Source of the DNA: Octopus bimaculoides
Taxonomy: Eukaryota
Direction: 5' to 3'
DNA length: 64,000 nucleotides
NCBI RefSeq assembly: GCF_001194135.2
Contig: NC_068983.1
Span: forward strand, 131,554,876-131,618,875
The number at the start of each line of letters is the position of its first letter. Position 1 is the stretch's first letter. This document shows positions 25,764 to 38,034 of the stretch, in pieces. Both the position numbers and the translations under genes were made by a program. Below the pieces are notes generated by a model. That model was not told where the DNA came from, did not search any database, and saw nothing but the letters and a program-made list of their open reading frames with translations.

Positions 25764-26181
25764 NNNNNNNNNNNNNNNNNNNNNNNNNNNNNNNNNNNNN
25801 NNNNNNNNNNNNNNNNNNNNNNNNNNNNNNNNNNNNNNNNNNNNNNNNNNNNNNNNNNNNNNNNNNNNNNNNNNNNNNNNNNNNNNNNNNNNNNNNNNNN
25901 NNNNNNNNNNNNNNNNNNNNNNNNNNNNNNNNNNNNNNNNNNNNNNNNNNNNNNNNNNNNNNNNNNNNNNNNNNNNNNNNNNNNNNNNNNNNNNNNNNNN
26001 NNNNNNNNNNNNNNNNNNNNNNNNNNNNNNNNNNNNNNNNNNNNNNNNNNNNNNNNNNNNNNNNNNNNNNNNNNNNNNNNNNNNNNNNNNNNNNNNNNNN
26101 NNNNNNNNNNNNNNNNNNNNNNNNNNNNNNNNNNNNNNNNNNNNNNNNNNNNNNNNNNNNNNNNNNNNNNNNNNNNNNNNN

Positions 26182-26217
<36 letters not shown>

Positions 26218-26365
26218 GAGGGGCTTCTTTCAGTTTCTGCTAACGAAATCCCTCCACAAGTCTTTGGTTGTTCTGGGGCCGTAATAGAAGACACTTGTCC
26301 AAAGTGCAGCAGTGTGGGACTGAACCCAAGACAAGAAAGTTGGCAAACAAGCATCATACCTATGC
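26182..26365 (-). mobile_element. SINE family A 5' half starting at (CA)n next to a gap
   Basis: gggcttctttcagtttc...agaagacacttgtcc...gtgggactgaaccc. Confidence 0.75.
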
Positions 26366-27599
26366 AACTACTCATAGATTGAGTTGCACTCGGTCATCTT
26401 ATAAATGATCAAATAGTTGCACTTTATTATAAAGTTGGAAGCTGATTGAGCTGCGTTCAGTTGTGAACTACAAGATAAAAACAGCTACACTTGGTTATGG
26501 AGCAGAGACAGGCGGAGTTGTACTTTGTTGTGGCGTGGGTGACAGATAGTGTTGCATTCGGCTAGGAAGAGGGGGACAGATGAAACTGCACTTAGTTATG
26601 GACTAGAAGAGAAAGCAGAATGCACTCGGTTAATAAGTGGATGAAAGACAGAGTAATACTTGAATTGTTATACTTAATTCATCAACTCAGAATGGCGAAA
26701 GGCTGAGTCTGTTCTGTCGAGATCCGAACTCTTCACCTAAATAAATACCAGTCAACATTTTGTTCGGCACTCAACCATTTCTACTATCCCACACCTTTCA
26801 AAATAATTTACTATTAGAATCACCCCCCCCCTCCACTAAATCACCAAATAGACTACACTGAATGTGATATAATGTATTATTGATTTTCACTCAACCAACT
26901 GCAATAATCCTAACCTAGCTTAATGTTACATGTTAAAAGAGGCAAATTAAAATAATACTGGTTTGAAATATATTTCATCCCCTCCTGAGTCGTATTCGAA
27001 CTCTGAAGTCAAAAGCAGCAGGACTAAATAGAGAAAGTCCGAGCGCTTTCCCGATTTTCTACAACCCTTGAAGCTTTAAGATGTGGGAAATAATAATTAC
27101 CATCATTAGCAAAATCGTTGCTATAAATATAACTGCTGTTAGAAAAGATGATAAAATCCCTAGAAAGAGACAAAATAATTAACGTACTCAAGGGCATGCC
27201 AGCTTCCATTGACAGAGTGACAAAGGAATTTCTATAAGATATTGCTGTTAAAGACAAGATTAAATTAAAATGTAAAAAAATGTATATTCTCCTGTTAGCC
27301 TAAACAGTCTCTACGTATCTGAATATAACGTTATGAAAATAAATGTATCTAAAATCTTGTGATTGAAAAGAGAAGCAACCCCTGAAAAAAAAAAAAAAAA
27401 GAACGCACCGGAAATGATAAACATGCAGCTGAAGAACCAAAANNNNNNNNNNGCTGAAGAACCAAAAAATGCAAAGATGTACAGGTGTATAAACTATAAA
27501 GGAAATATCAGAGATTATTGTCTGAAAGATAAACGAGGAAGCTTCTGCATGATAACGTGATCTGGTAGAAATAGCGACAAAATCTCGTTTTAATCACAT

Positions 27600-27942
27600 T
27601 GGCATTTCGTCGCTCTGGCCTTTCTTCAGTTACGACGACGAGGGTTCCAGTTGATTTGATGAACGGAACAGCCTGCTTATGAAATTAACGTGTAAGTGGC
27701 TGAGTACTTATAGACACGTAGATCCTGAACGTATTTCTCAAGGAGATTCAGTGTGACACAGAGTGTGACAAGGCTGGTCCTTCCAAATACAGGTACTACT
27801 CATTTTTACTAGCTGAGTGGACTGGAGTAACATGAGATAAAGTGTCTTGCTCAAGGACACAACGCGTTGCCGGGAATTGAACTCACGACTTCACGATCGT
27901 GAACTGAATACCCTATCCTCGAAGCCATGCGCCTCCACATTG
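27600..27942 (-). mobile_element. SINE with family C 3' body and family D-type head/core
   Basis: gagggttccagttgat...acagcctgc (family C) joined to agctgagtggactggag...ggaattgaactc...gccatgcgcctccac (family D-like). Confidence 0.75.
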
Positions 27943-28391
27943 TAGCTCTACATATAACAAAATCAGCAATAGCCATGGATGGAAGGTTAGAATGCATTTG
28001 ATCATAGTTCTGTTCGAACAGAAGATTCGGCCTGGTGGCTAAGTAGTACCAACAATCCATTTTGTTGTTTTGGATCCGCCACTGGCTGAAAATTCTGATG
28101 GCTTTCTTGTTGCCGGTTTTAGGTCTTCCTGTCCCAAAAGTGCAAAATGCGAGTTGGACAATGCGCTCCTGCGGACGGGTGTTAGATATGATGGACTCGG
28201 TAATCTCAGCAGAAATTGATCCATCTCAAAAAGTCCTTAACTGTTAAAGCACGAATTACATTGAATACTAACAATTTACTTAATACACATGTTTTAAATG
28301 CAGATGGAGGTGCATTTCGTTAAAGAAAAGAATCATGCAGAAGATAATGAATTAAAAACCTAACGGCAAAGAAAACAACAGTAATAATGAT

Positions 28392-29308
28392 TTCAAGTTT
28401 TGGCACAAGGCCAGAAAGCTCGGGGGAGGGGTAAATCGATTATAATGACCCCAGTACTCAACTAGTACTTATCTTTACTGACTCCGAAAGAATGAAAGTC
28501 AACCTTGGCGGAATTTAAACTCAGAGCATCTAGACGGACAAAATGTCGCTAAGCATTTTGTCTGGCGTGCTAGCGATTCTGCCAGCTCGCCACCTTAGCA
28601 ACAGTAACTGAAATTTAAAGGAAAGAGTTTAAACAATTAAATCGATCCCAGAACTTGACTAGCTGTTATATTTTATTGACACAGAAAAAAGAAAAATAAT
28701 GCTTGACTTCAGTTGGATTTGAACTCAGTTAAACAACTAAGTAACGCAAAGCATCTTGACCGCTGCGCTATATAGTTGTTTTTAACATAGTTTCAAGATC
28801 AAAATTTACTGGGAAGGAATTTGTCGATTAAAGTAATTCTCATACTTCACCAAATAGCTTTATTTTATCGACATAGAAGTCGACACCAGTGCTCAACTGG
28901 TACTTATTTCATTGACCCCGAAGGAATGAATGGCAAAGTCAACCTCAGCGGAATTTGAAACCAGATTGTAAAGCCAGAAGAAATGCCGTGAAGCATTTTG
29001 TCCGGCGAGTTAATGACTCTGCCAGCTTAGCATCTTAGTAGTAGTAGTAGCAGTAGTAGTAGTAGTAGTAGCAGCAGCAGCAGCAGCAGTATTAGTTTCT
29101 ACATTAGTCACAAGACCTGAAATGTTGGAAGAGGAGTTGGTCGATTACATCGACCCCAGTACTTCATTGATATTTATTTCATTGAGCTCGAAAGGACGAA
29201 AAGCACAGTCGAACTCGGCAGTATTTGAAGTCAGAACGTAAAGAGGTACGAAAGTCCGCTAAACTTTTTGTTTGATGTTCTAACGGCTTTGCCACGTCAC
29301 CGCCTTAA
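28392..29308 (-). mobile_element. Cluster of at least four tandem SINE family B copies separated by trinucleotide tracts
   Basis: Copies at about 28392-28598, 28620-28770, 28800-29035 and 29095-29308 share ggcggaatttgaa/ctaagcattttg/ctgccagct motifs. Confidence 0.8.
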
Positions 29309-29328
29309 TGAAGATAATAATAATAATG

Positions 29329-29359
<31 letters not shown>

Positions 29360-30194
29360 GAAGAAGAAGAAGAAGAAGAGAATTTCTGACAAAGGCCTAA
29401 GTCCGTATGTGTTAAACAAATAGGTTATGTTAAATAGTTAACCCGAAAGGATAGAAGAGCAAGTCGATGATAACAGGATTTGAACCAAGAGCATAAAGAG
29501 ACGAAACAAAATACAACGAATCATTACTTTTCAAATAAAGTTGTTGTTTAGCCCTAGGCAATTCCTGATTGAGTAGAACTAAGATTGAAGGCTTTAGAGC
29601 TGAGTCCAACTTGTTTGCCCTCTAACGAACCTAATAATAAACGGTTATGTTGTATATTTGACCAGTATTTTTAATAAATGGCATCGTATTGTCTTTGAGA
29701 GGACAGCTTTCAAAATAATTTTCATACTGTTGTGACTTAAATTTTCGGAAGGCAAGATTCAATATATATATATATATATATATAAACATATATATGTATA
29801 CATACATACATGCGCACGTACATACATATATACATACATGTAATTACACACACGCACAAACACACACACACACACACACACACTTAAACTAAAATCCTCT
29901 TAGATATTTGAAACTGTCTTAGATCATGTTGTTTTTATTAAATATTCCGCTCCACTGGACCAGACAACATATTTTACAAAACAGAAAATTCTATGTTAAC
30001 ATTTTTGTTCTCTTTTTATATTTCTAAACATCTTAAACCTTTCATAGTTACAGCAATACTGTCTTTTCTTGTTTTCTTCTCAATATTTTGATCTTTATTC
30101 CTATTATCTGAAATCGATATTGTGTTTGCTTTACTTGTATATTTTATTACGTTATACGTTCAAATCGTAATTTTCTCATTATCTTATATTTCAG

Positions 30195-30302
30195 GGAAAT
30201 TTACCACAGAAATTAATTGATCAACTGTCCCCAAGAGTGATGCTAAGCTACCTGCAGCCACTCCGAAAACACATCAATGACCTTTCTAAGAGGAAAAGTT
30301 AG
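30195..30302 (+). CDS. Terminal coding exon of the same START-domain gene
   Basis: Acceptor ttttctcattatcttatatttcag|. Only frame 0 is open: GNLPQKLIDQLSPRVMLSYLQPLRKHINDLSKRKS*, matching the START C-terminal helix (StAR GWLPKSIINQ...LRKRL; STARD3 GRLPRYLIHQ...LRQRI). Stop TAG at 30300-30302. Confidence 0.85.
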   Translation, partial: GNLPQKLIDQLSPRVMLSYLQPLRKHINDLSKRKS

Positions 30303-30575
30303 TTTCATGATCAGCGATTAAAACTGACATAAACTTTAAAATATTCTTCAAAAATTTCCACAACAAAAAAATAAGAAAAAATGATTAAATTTCCAAATAT
30401 CGATTCGATATACTCTCATGAGAATTCTGGAAGACGAAATTTCAAAGTTCAAGTGAGTGTAGTATAAAAAATAACTAGTATTATTTAGGTTAAATTGCCA
30501 AGATTTTCCCGACATTACTCACTGAAAGATAAGAATCCACCCAAGAAAAATCAGATAATAGTCCCCTGAGAGTTC

Positions 30576-30581
30576 AATAAA
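30576..30581 (+). promoter_or_regulatory. Candidate polyadenylation signal of the START gene
   Basis: AATAAA about 275 nt after the stop codon; further AATAAA hexamers occur downstream, so the assignment is weak. Confidence 0.25.
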
Positions 30582-32829
30582 CAGCTAGTGTTCACCATCG
30601 AACTGCGGACTGAATAACGACGCCATGGTTTGTTTTCATTCACTTACACTATATCCATATAAACTTGTACATTCACCAAGTAGCTGGGTGTAATTTGAGG
30701 GATATCTGACAGCAATGACTTGCAGAATAATAAACTACAAAGAGTTTCCCTTATTGTTTCGAATGCTCAAAATAAAAGGACATACTAGAGGAGGTAAGTC
30801 TGGATATACCATGTCTGAAAAGTAAATATGATACTCAGGAGTGGAACGATTTATCACCAAAAGTTTTCTGGATTGACTTGGGGTTAAACAATAAAAATAT
30901 ACAGGGGAAAAAAACATAAAACAAAAAGAAGTGTGAGATTCTCTATTAGAGTGTTGTATCTCCTTTATTTTCGCACTACTTTTATCTTAAAATACTATTT
31001 GAATTATTACACAAAATTTAATAAAGCAGTGGCCTCACTCAATCTTGCTTATCTCGGAATCCATAAATATAAAGGAACTTGCTCCTTAAAATAAACTCAA
31101 CATATTCATTACTAATTATGAACGGCTCGATAAATGTTTGATTAAAGAGAGAACAACAGGAAGTGAGAGCAAGACTTTTGAGTTATTTCAGACTAAAATG
31201 CTGTTTATTGTTATATTCTACCGAATGTCAAACCAACGTGGGAGATTCAACTTGGTTGCTCACCCTGCAAAAACAACGGTTAAGTTTCTCTCAAATTACA
31301 TCCTGCTGTCCTAAAAAAGGAAGAATAAACTGGATGAAGTTGTTTGAGATAAACTATAACAACCCACTGTTGTTATGGCCGAGAAACTTTGATAATAGGT
31401 TTTCTCGTTGTGTCGATCTGGAACTAAACACCAACAACTACAGGAAGCATCTCGAATGTATTGAATGTAATTTCTTAAAGATTTCAGAATATCTTCACGG
31501 AAATATATTCCAAAAGTTTCATGTCCCTTGTCTCGAGGTAAAAGGTAATTCGAACTCAGTAGAGCAATTCTTTTGTCGAATCCCATAATTCCTTCAACAT
31601 CTTTATACATCAATATTCACTAACATTTTAAAGGTAGCGATACACTTTTGTTTCAACAAAAAGTGAGCCAATACCTTGTGAGACAGTACTTTGTGGATAT
31701 AATAGCATTGCATGAGCGAGCAACTGCTGATCTTCCATAAAAGATTGTACAGATCAATGTCTTGGAATGGAACATAGCAAAAGCATATCCAAAGTTTCAT
31801 GAGGAAATCAAAGACTCATACAAACATCATATGATTAGTTGACATTAAATAGTACGTATTTGGCTTACGAGTGACAGTAAGTACATGCATTCCTGTTCTC
31901 AGGTAGTAAATGTAAGCAGTTTGTCGGTTTCATACCACCACCTCGCTATTAAGGACCTTTAGCGGAATCACTCTTTTGAAAGTACTCAGGCCTGGTTTAG
32001 ATGTCTCGTTTGAAGGTAACTTTCTCCTTTTTTCTCATGAATTTCTTGTGCCCAGAGAAAGATAATAGATGCAGCCCTTTCCTCATTGATTACTTCATGA
32101 ATACCTGACCAAAAACAAATTCAATGCATGATTATTTTCTTTTTAATAAAAAGAAGATAACCAGAAATAACTATACGGAGAGATAGAGAAACAGCATCTC
32201 TCATTGACTAAGTATTTTATTTCAGTGAGAAGAAGAGGCCATTCTGGATATATCTCGGAAATATTATGACTTCAGCAGCGTGGTATAGACTAACCCACGC
32301 TTAATAAAGTAGTGAAAAATAGTGATGAAACAATCACCAAGAGCATGCACGCTTCATTTAAGTATCCAACAATGACACTTGTTCCTAACTAGTTGTTCAT
32401 ATTAACTGTCATTTCGCTTATAATGCAGTATTAGTGGCCTCTTTAGGTGGTATCTCATGTCAATAAAGAAAATATAATTGAACAAAATATAAAATAAAAA
32501 AATAATTAATTGAGCGTTTATTTGAGACTGTTGTCATTTCTTTCTCTCAAAATCATTTCTATTTCAGTGGAAATAAAAATATCTTCATCTTGTTTTTTGT
32601 TTTTTTTTTTAAATCTTCAGTCTCCAATAACAATTACGTTAATTTCGGCAATAATAACAGATATTTATTTTTCTAGAATACGGTGCAAGAGGACCCAAAG
32701 AAACGTTCTTTCCCTCAACCTGACAGTGCTAAACATCAAATCAAATCTAATGAAATGTAAATGACGTATGACACAAGTAATTACAGACATGTAAAGAATA
32801 TTATGAAGTGAAATCAATATTACATCGTT

Positions 32830-32998
32830 ACAACAATGATAATAGATGCAATAACAATAGCAACAACAACAACAACAGCAGCAGCAGTAGCAATGGCAAC
32901 AACAAAAAATAACGACAACAAAAGTGACAACAGTAACAACAGCAACAACAATAACAAAAAGCAGTAGTGATAAAATATAGTAGCGTCAACAACAACAT

Positions 32999-33038
<40 letters not shown>

Positions 33039-33470
33039 GGTGTTTGTGGTGGTGGTGATGGTAGTAGTAGTAGTGGTGGTGATGGTGGTGGTGGTGGTAG
33101 TAGTAGTGGTGGTGGTGGTGGTGGTTGTGGTGGTGGTGATGGCAGTAATAGTAGTGGTGGTGGTGGTGGTGGTGGTGGTAGTAGTAGTAACAACAACAGC
33201 AGTAACATTAACGACAATAGCAACAACGCAACATCGACACGAGCAACTACAGCACCACAAATTAAAAAAAACAAAAAACAAAACAAAAACAACTGTAACA
33301 ATAACGTTGAAAGCAGTGATAACAAAAAAAAAAACAATATTAACAACAACAACAACAGCAACGACAAAAATAATAACGATAATTGTTAGAACAACCACAC
33401 CACTAACAAGAGCAGTAATACCACCACCACCACCTCCACCACTTACAACAACAACAACAGATGCTTAACG
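32830..33470. repeat. Mosaic trinucleotide tract (AAC/AGC, AGT, GGT, CCA)
   Basis: Direct reading; produces low-complexity ORFs in all frames. Confidence 0.95.
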
Positions 33471-33597
33471 CTATTGGTTAGTTTGTACAAGGTATATTCA
33501 ATTCAGAAACGTCGCATTGATCTGATCTAATACAAAAAAAAGTAAATAAAACTTATTGATTTGATATAATGTAAAAGAACAAAAACATTTTCGAATC

Positions 33598-33690
33598 AGC
33601 GTTGTTGTTTAGCCCTAGGTCAGTCCTGTGTGAACAAAAATATCAAAGACGTTCCTATTACGAACATTCAATGTTTTTTTCAGACATTTC
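33598..33690 (+). mobile_element. Short dispersed repeat (gttgttgtttagccc...ggtcag), also near 2740-2850, 9340-9520, 13640-13710, 15400-15600 and 29540-29620
   Basis: Shared motif in at least six places, in both orientations. Confidence 0.55.
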
Positions 33691-33839
33691 ATCTAGAACA
33701 AAATTATGCAGTGTTCTTCCGCTTTTTTGAAGTCAGCAGGAAGCGATTTCATAGAATTTTGCAGATAAAGGCTTTCGAGTTGGCTAGGGCTCTCCATGAT
33801 GCATGGCCATATCTTGCCAAAATAATCTACCTGTTTTAT

Positions 33840-33996
33840 GTTCAAAACCATCCAGATCCGGCCTCTCACACCTACCCTTCAATGCACAATGACATCAGTA
33901 AATCTTGAAGGTGGAAGACACTCTGTAATTAATTCAGAACAATGTGAATAAATGAGCATTACATTTAACAGAGTAACCTGAATGCTAAAGGGTTAA
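33840..33996 (-). mobile_element. Possible piggyBac-like MITE terminus
   Basis: Ends ...gctaaagggTTAA, i.e. TTAA followed by CCCTT on the minus strand; the other end was not identified. Confidence 0.4.
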
Positions 33997-34561
33997 TGAA
34001 TAGAAAACTCCACTTCCTACCTGGATATACAGTCTACTCCCAGAAAGAATTAATTTCATCACTGTAAGCCACTGAATACTTATCAAACCAACGTTGTTAC
34101 CACTGCATAGAACCAGTGTTGGTGAAGCAGAACCAACAGAAATGCTACATCATACGACAGAACAGGATTGCAAGGGCACAAACAAAATGCGAACTGCGCA
34201 AGTCTAGGCAATAATGTAATTGTGTGTGATGGTCAGTATGCAGTGCCGTTAGTAAGATCTGAGCCATTGAATTCCCCCAAGCTGATTGTTCGCTACCCAA
34301 AGTAATCTGTCAATCAACTGCCTCAGACATAACACACCCTAATATATTTTTGACATTTCTGTTATTGATCACCAGAGTCACGGTTTATAACAAGAAATAA
34401 CGCATAGAATTGAATTTTATCGAAGCTTTGAGCTTAATTTTCAGGCCTGTTATCTATTCAATCCGTCACTATAACCAAACTACTAAGTCACCTGGACGTA
34501 AACAAACCAATAACAGTTATCAAACGGTGAAGGAACTAACACAAAGGCGCGCATGCATACG

Positions 34562-34564
<3 letters not shown>

Positions 34565-34604
<40 letters not shown>

Positions 34605-34760
34605 NNNNNNNNNNACACACACACACACACACTCACAATCACACTCACACATACGATGGGCTTCCACACAGTTTTCGTCTACCAAATTCGTTCAGAAGTA
34701 ATCGGCCAGCCAGGGTTTGTAGTAGAAGTTTGCTGCCCAAGCAAGCGTATCAGAAAATTA
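34565..34760 (-). mobile_element. SINE family A fragment with (CA)n
   Basis: acatacgatgggcttccacacagttttcgtctaccaaattc matches the family A body. Confidence 0.6.
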
Positions 34761-34859
34761 GAATACTATGCAAAAATTACACAAATCAGATGTGTTCTGT
34801 TTTTATTTATTTGTTTCCTCATAGGTTTTAATGATGTAGATTGCAAATATATTGATCTC

Positions 34860-35270
34860 AATGTTTTGGCACAAGGCCAGCAATTCCTGGGGTGAGAGTA
34901 AGTCGATTACTTCGACTGGTAGTTATTTTATAGAGCGCCAAAGGATGAAAGGCGAAGTCTACCTCGGCAAAATTTGAATTCGGAACGTAAAGGCAGACGA
35001 AATTCCGCTAAGTGTTTTACCTAGTGTGCTAGCAATTCTGCCAGCTAGCCACCTTTAGATTGCAATTATATTGGTTTCAAGTTTTAGTACAAAGCCAGCA
35101 ATTACGGGGAAGAGCTAAGTCACTTATATTGACCCTAGTACTCAACTGGTACTTATTTTATTGACTCCGAAAGGATGAAAGGCAAATTCTACATTGAAGG
35201 AATTTGAATTCGGAACGTGTAGACGGACGAAATGCACGAAGCATTTAACCCGTCGTGCTAACGTTCCTGC
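34860..35270 (-). mobile_element. Two tandem SINE family B copies
   Basis: ggcacaaggccagcaatt...aggatgaaaggc...aatttgaattcggaacgt occurs twice. Confidence 0.8.
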
Positions 35271-35445
35271 ATTTTATTTTAATGAAGAATGTTGATAAAA
35301 AATGGTAAGATTGGATGGAATGTTAATGACGCGAATATGTCGAAGTGTAGAGGGAAGTGACCTATGATTACAGCTAAGGTGGTCTCATAAGCAGCCTTTA
35401 ACACCAGCATGTTGTTGAAGCTTATCCAACCAGCATCACACTGAT

Positions 35446-35611
35446 GTGCAGGTGTAGCCGGCTGTGTGGTAAGAAGATTGCTTCCCAATCACACGGCTCC
35501 GAGTTTAACCCCACTGCGTAGTACCTTCGGCAAGTGTTTTGAGCTATAACCTCGGGTCCACCAAAGCTTTGAAAGTGGATTTTGCAGACAGAAACAGGAA
35601 AAAAACTCGTC

Positions 35612-35648
<37 letters not shown>
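35446..35648 (+). mobile_element. SINE family A 5' half ending in (TA)n
   Basis: ggctgtgtggtaagaagattgcttcccaatcacacggctccgagtttaacccc head; body to ctcgtcgtttatata. Confidence 0.75.
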
Positions 35649-35649
<1 letters not shown>

Positions 35650-36389
35650 ATAATGGAAAATGGAGACAAAAGCTCAAGATGTTCTTTAAATCATTTGTAT
35701 CACCATATCACCGTATCACCGACATATGTTTCGATAGATGCATTAAAATATATCCGAGAGGAAGAATAATGTGGAAAAATGCATAAATCTCATCAGAGTG
35801 GATGTAAACAACAGTGCTCATTTTCCAATATTCTTATGGTTTCCAAAACACGTCCAACTTCTCCCTGGAATTAACTCCCATGCAAGTGTGATTACTAATT
35901 CCTAGGACGCTTATATGGCTACCTTGTAACTGTTCTTCTGGAGTTAACTTCTTTTTTTTGCCATAGAGAGATATTCATCAGTACAGCACTTTACTATAAA
36001 TGTTATAACGAAAAGAATCTTATGCTGAACCCCATATAAATCATAATCCAGTTGCTATTGTCAACTTAGTTAAGAACACTGTTTATATACGTGCAATGAA
36101 GACTCATAACTACCCTTTAAATTTAGTAACAATTTAGGTCGAAATAATTCTAATTAAATAGCTATACGAAGGATTAAAAAGGGAAATCAATAGCATACAA
36201 CTTCAATACAAAATATTATGAAGACCTTACACAGAAAACCACTAATCTTCAACTCTTGTATTAACGAAATAATAGAGTTTCTTCTCGACATCGGCAACCG
36301 CCTTCACAAGATCACGGAGGAAACACTTTGGTTTCGTCGACGTTATAAAATATTTAAATACTTCAAAGTTTCTTATATTACTCGATAGC

Positions 36390-37372
36390 CCTGGCGGTGA
36401 CCACAAGAGAAGTCGGTAAACAAGCAGCTAAACATCAGCAAAATGGAATAGCACATTGTGAAACAAAACCTCAGCGAAGACCTAGGTAGCAAGCTGAACA
36501 AACTAGACATTGGTAGAAAGGGAACAGAAGAGGACTGGGTGATGTTCAGGGACATGGTATACAGCACTAAACTCACTTGTCTACGCACTCAACGTATCCA
36601 CGAGCGCCCAGATATAGCATAGCATGAACTACTTTTCCACCGCCTGCAGCAAATTTGGTCTTCCAATCAACACTCAGAAGAAAGAGGTCATACACCAACC
36701 TGCCCCACAGGAACCGTATTTGGAACCAACTACCATTGTTGAAGAGGAAAGCCTGAACGTTGTTGATAAATCCACGTTCTTCGGCTTCACACTTTCGAGA
36801 TCTGTGTACATTGAGGCTGAAGTCAACACACGCATCACCAAGTCAAGGGAAGCTTAGCATTCGGGTGGCTACGTAGGAGAGGAGAGGCATTAGGATGGCC
36901 TCCAAGTTGAAGATGTACCAAGAAGCTGTACTGCCTACGCTACTGTACACCTGCTTGACTTGGAGGGTATACGAACTTCACGTCAATAAAGCTAAACTGT
37001 TTCCACATGAACTGCCAGAGAAAGTTGGTAAAAATCACCTGGTAATATAAGGTCCCAGACACAGAGGTTCTCTCTCAAGCTGATCTGCCAAGCATTTACA
37101 CACTGCTGAGAAGTGCAGAAGTCAGGTGGGCCGGCCACGTTGGTCGAATGTCTAACACGTGACTCCCCAAGAGGCTGCTTTGCAGCAAACTGGCGGCAGG
37201 CAAACACATGCAAGGTAGACAAGAAAAACATATCAAGGATACACGCAAAGCCTCTTTAAATAGCTTTGAAATCAATCCTGACACCTGGGAAGCGCAAGCA
37301 GAAGACCACCCTACCAGGTGAAGCAGCATCAGCAGAAATGCTACATTATACGACAGAACAGGATTGCAGGGG
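36390..37372 (+). mobile_element. RTE-clade LINE, internally deleted and degraded
   Basis: FSTACSKFGLPINTQKKEVIHQPAP...EP...VDK...TLSRSV...EVNTRI, then PDTEVL...LPSI...RWAGHV; upstream linker KQLNISK...EEDWVMFRDMVYST. Confidence 0.9.
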
Positions 37373-37745
37373 CTCACTTTTGCATTACAGGTTCAACCCA
37401 TTTGACAGGCTTCTATACCGACCTAATTTCATTCACGAAGTATGGGGAGACATGGATATTATTGAAAATGTGTGGTCCATGATGCCAAACAATTAGGTCG
37501 ATCGCGTGACCTCGTGATACGAAATGAACTTCTTAACAATTCAATTAACGATATTGGCTTTTGGAGAAGAAAAGATAAAAGTGAACGTGGCATACCCTTA
37601 TAAACACACACACCATTTATGCCTTTTGTGTCATTCAGCGAAGTTGTGTTTTCCCGATTTGCATAAAATCCGATCTTATATTATTGGTGCTACTGCTTTA
37701 CATAGGAAATTGCAGTGAAAGGAATCTCAGAAAGTGTTGTTAGCA

Positions 37746-37806
<61 letters not shown>

Positions 37807-37993
37807 GCGTACATATGTGTGTTGCCTGTGTGTACGCGTTTTTGTATTTGCATATATATGAGTACATTCATACATTACTACGTACATACTCGTACATTCA
37901 AGCAAGCATGCATTCATACATAATTTCATACATGCATAGATACACATTCACACACATACAGCTCCACTCCCCCACACACGCACATATACACCG

Positions 37994-38034
<41 letters not shown>

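Noticed and set aside
21173-26375. Many long ORFs of YI/HT/CV repeats and X runs (also at 2-2.5, 37-39, 43-45, 53-55, 59.6 and 61.7 kb)
   Set aside because: Translations of (TA)n/(CA)n microsatellites and N gaps; not genes.
27426-27470. gctgaagaaccaaaa duplicated either side of a 10-N gap
   Set aside because: Typical unmerged contig overlap; assembly artefact.
31163-31800. Overlapping 65-140 aa ORFs on both strands
   Set aside because: No recognisable motif, start context or splice signals; probably decayed TE or chance.
32820-33468. Poly-T/P/G/V/S ORFs in several frames
   Set aside because: Pure trinucleotide repeat, open on both strands, with no splice or start context.
36280-36345. LLDIGNRLHKITEE (CRE-like endonuclease scrap) and DMDIIENVWSMM at about 37455-37490 (Tc1-like scrap)
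   Set aside because: Too short to support a feature call without a search.
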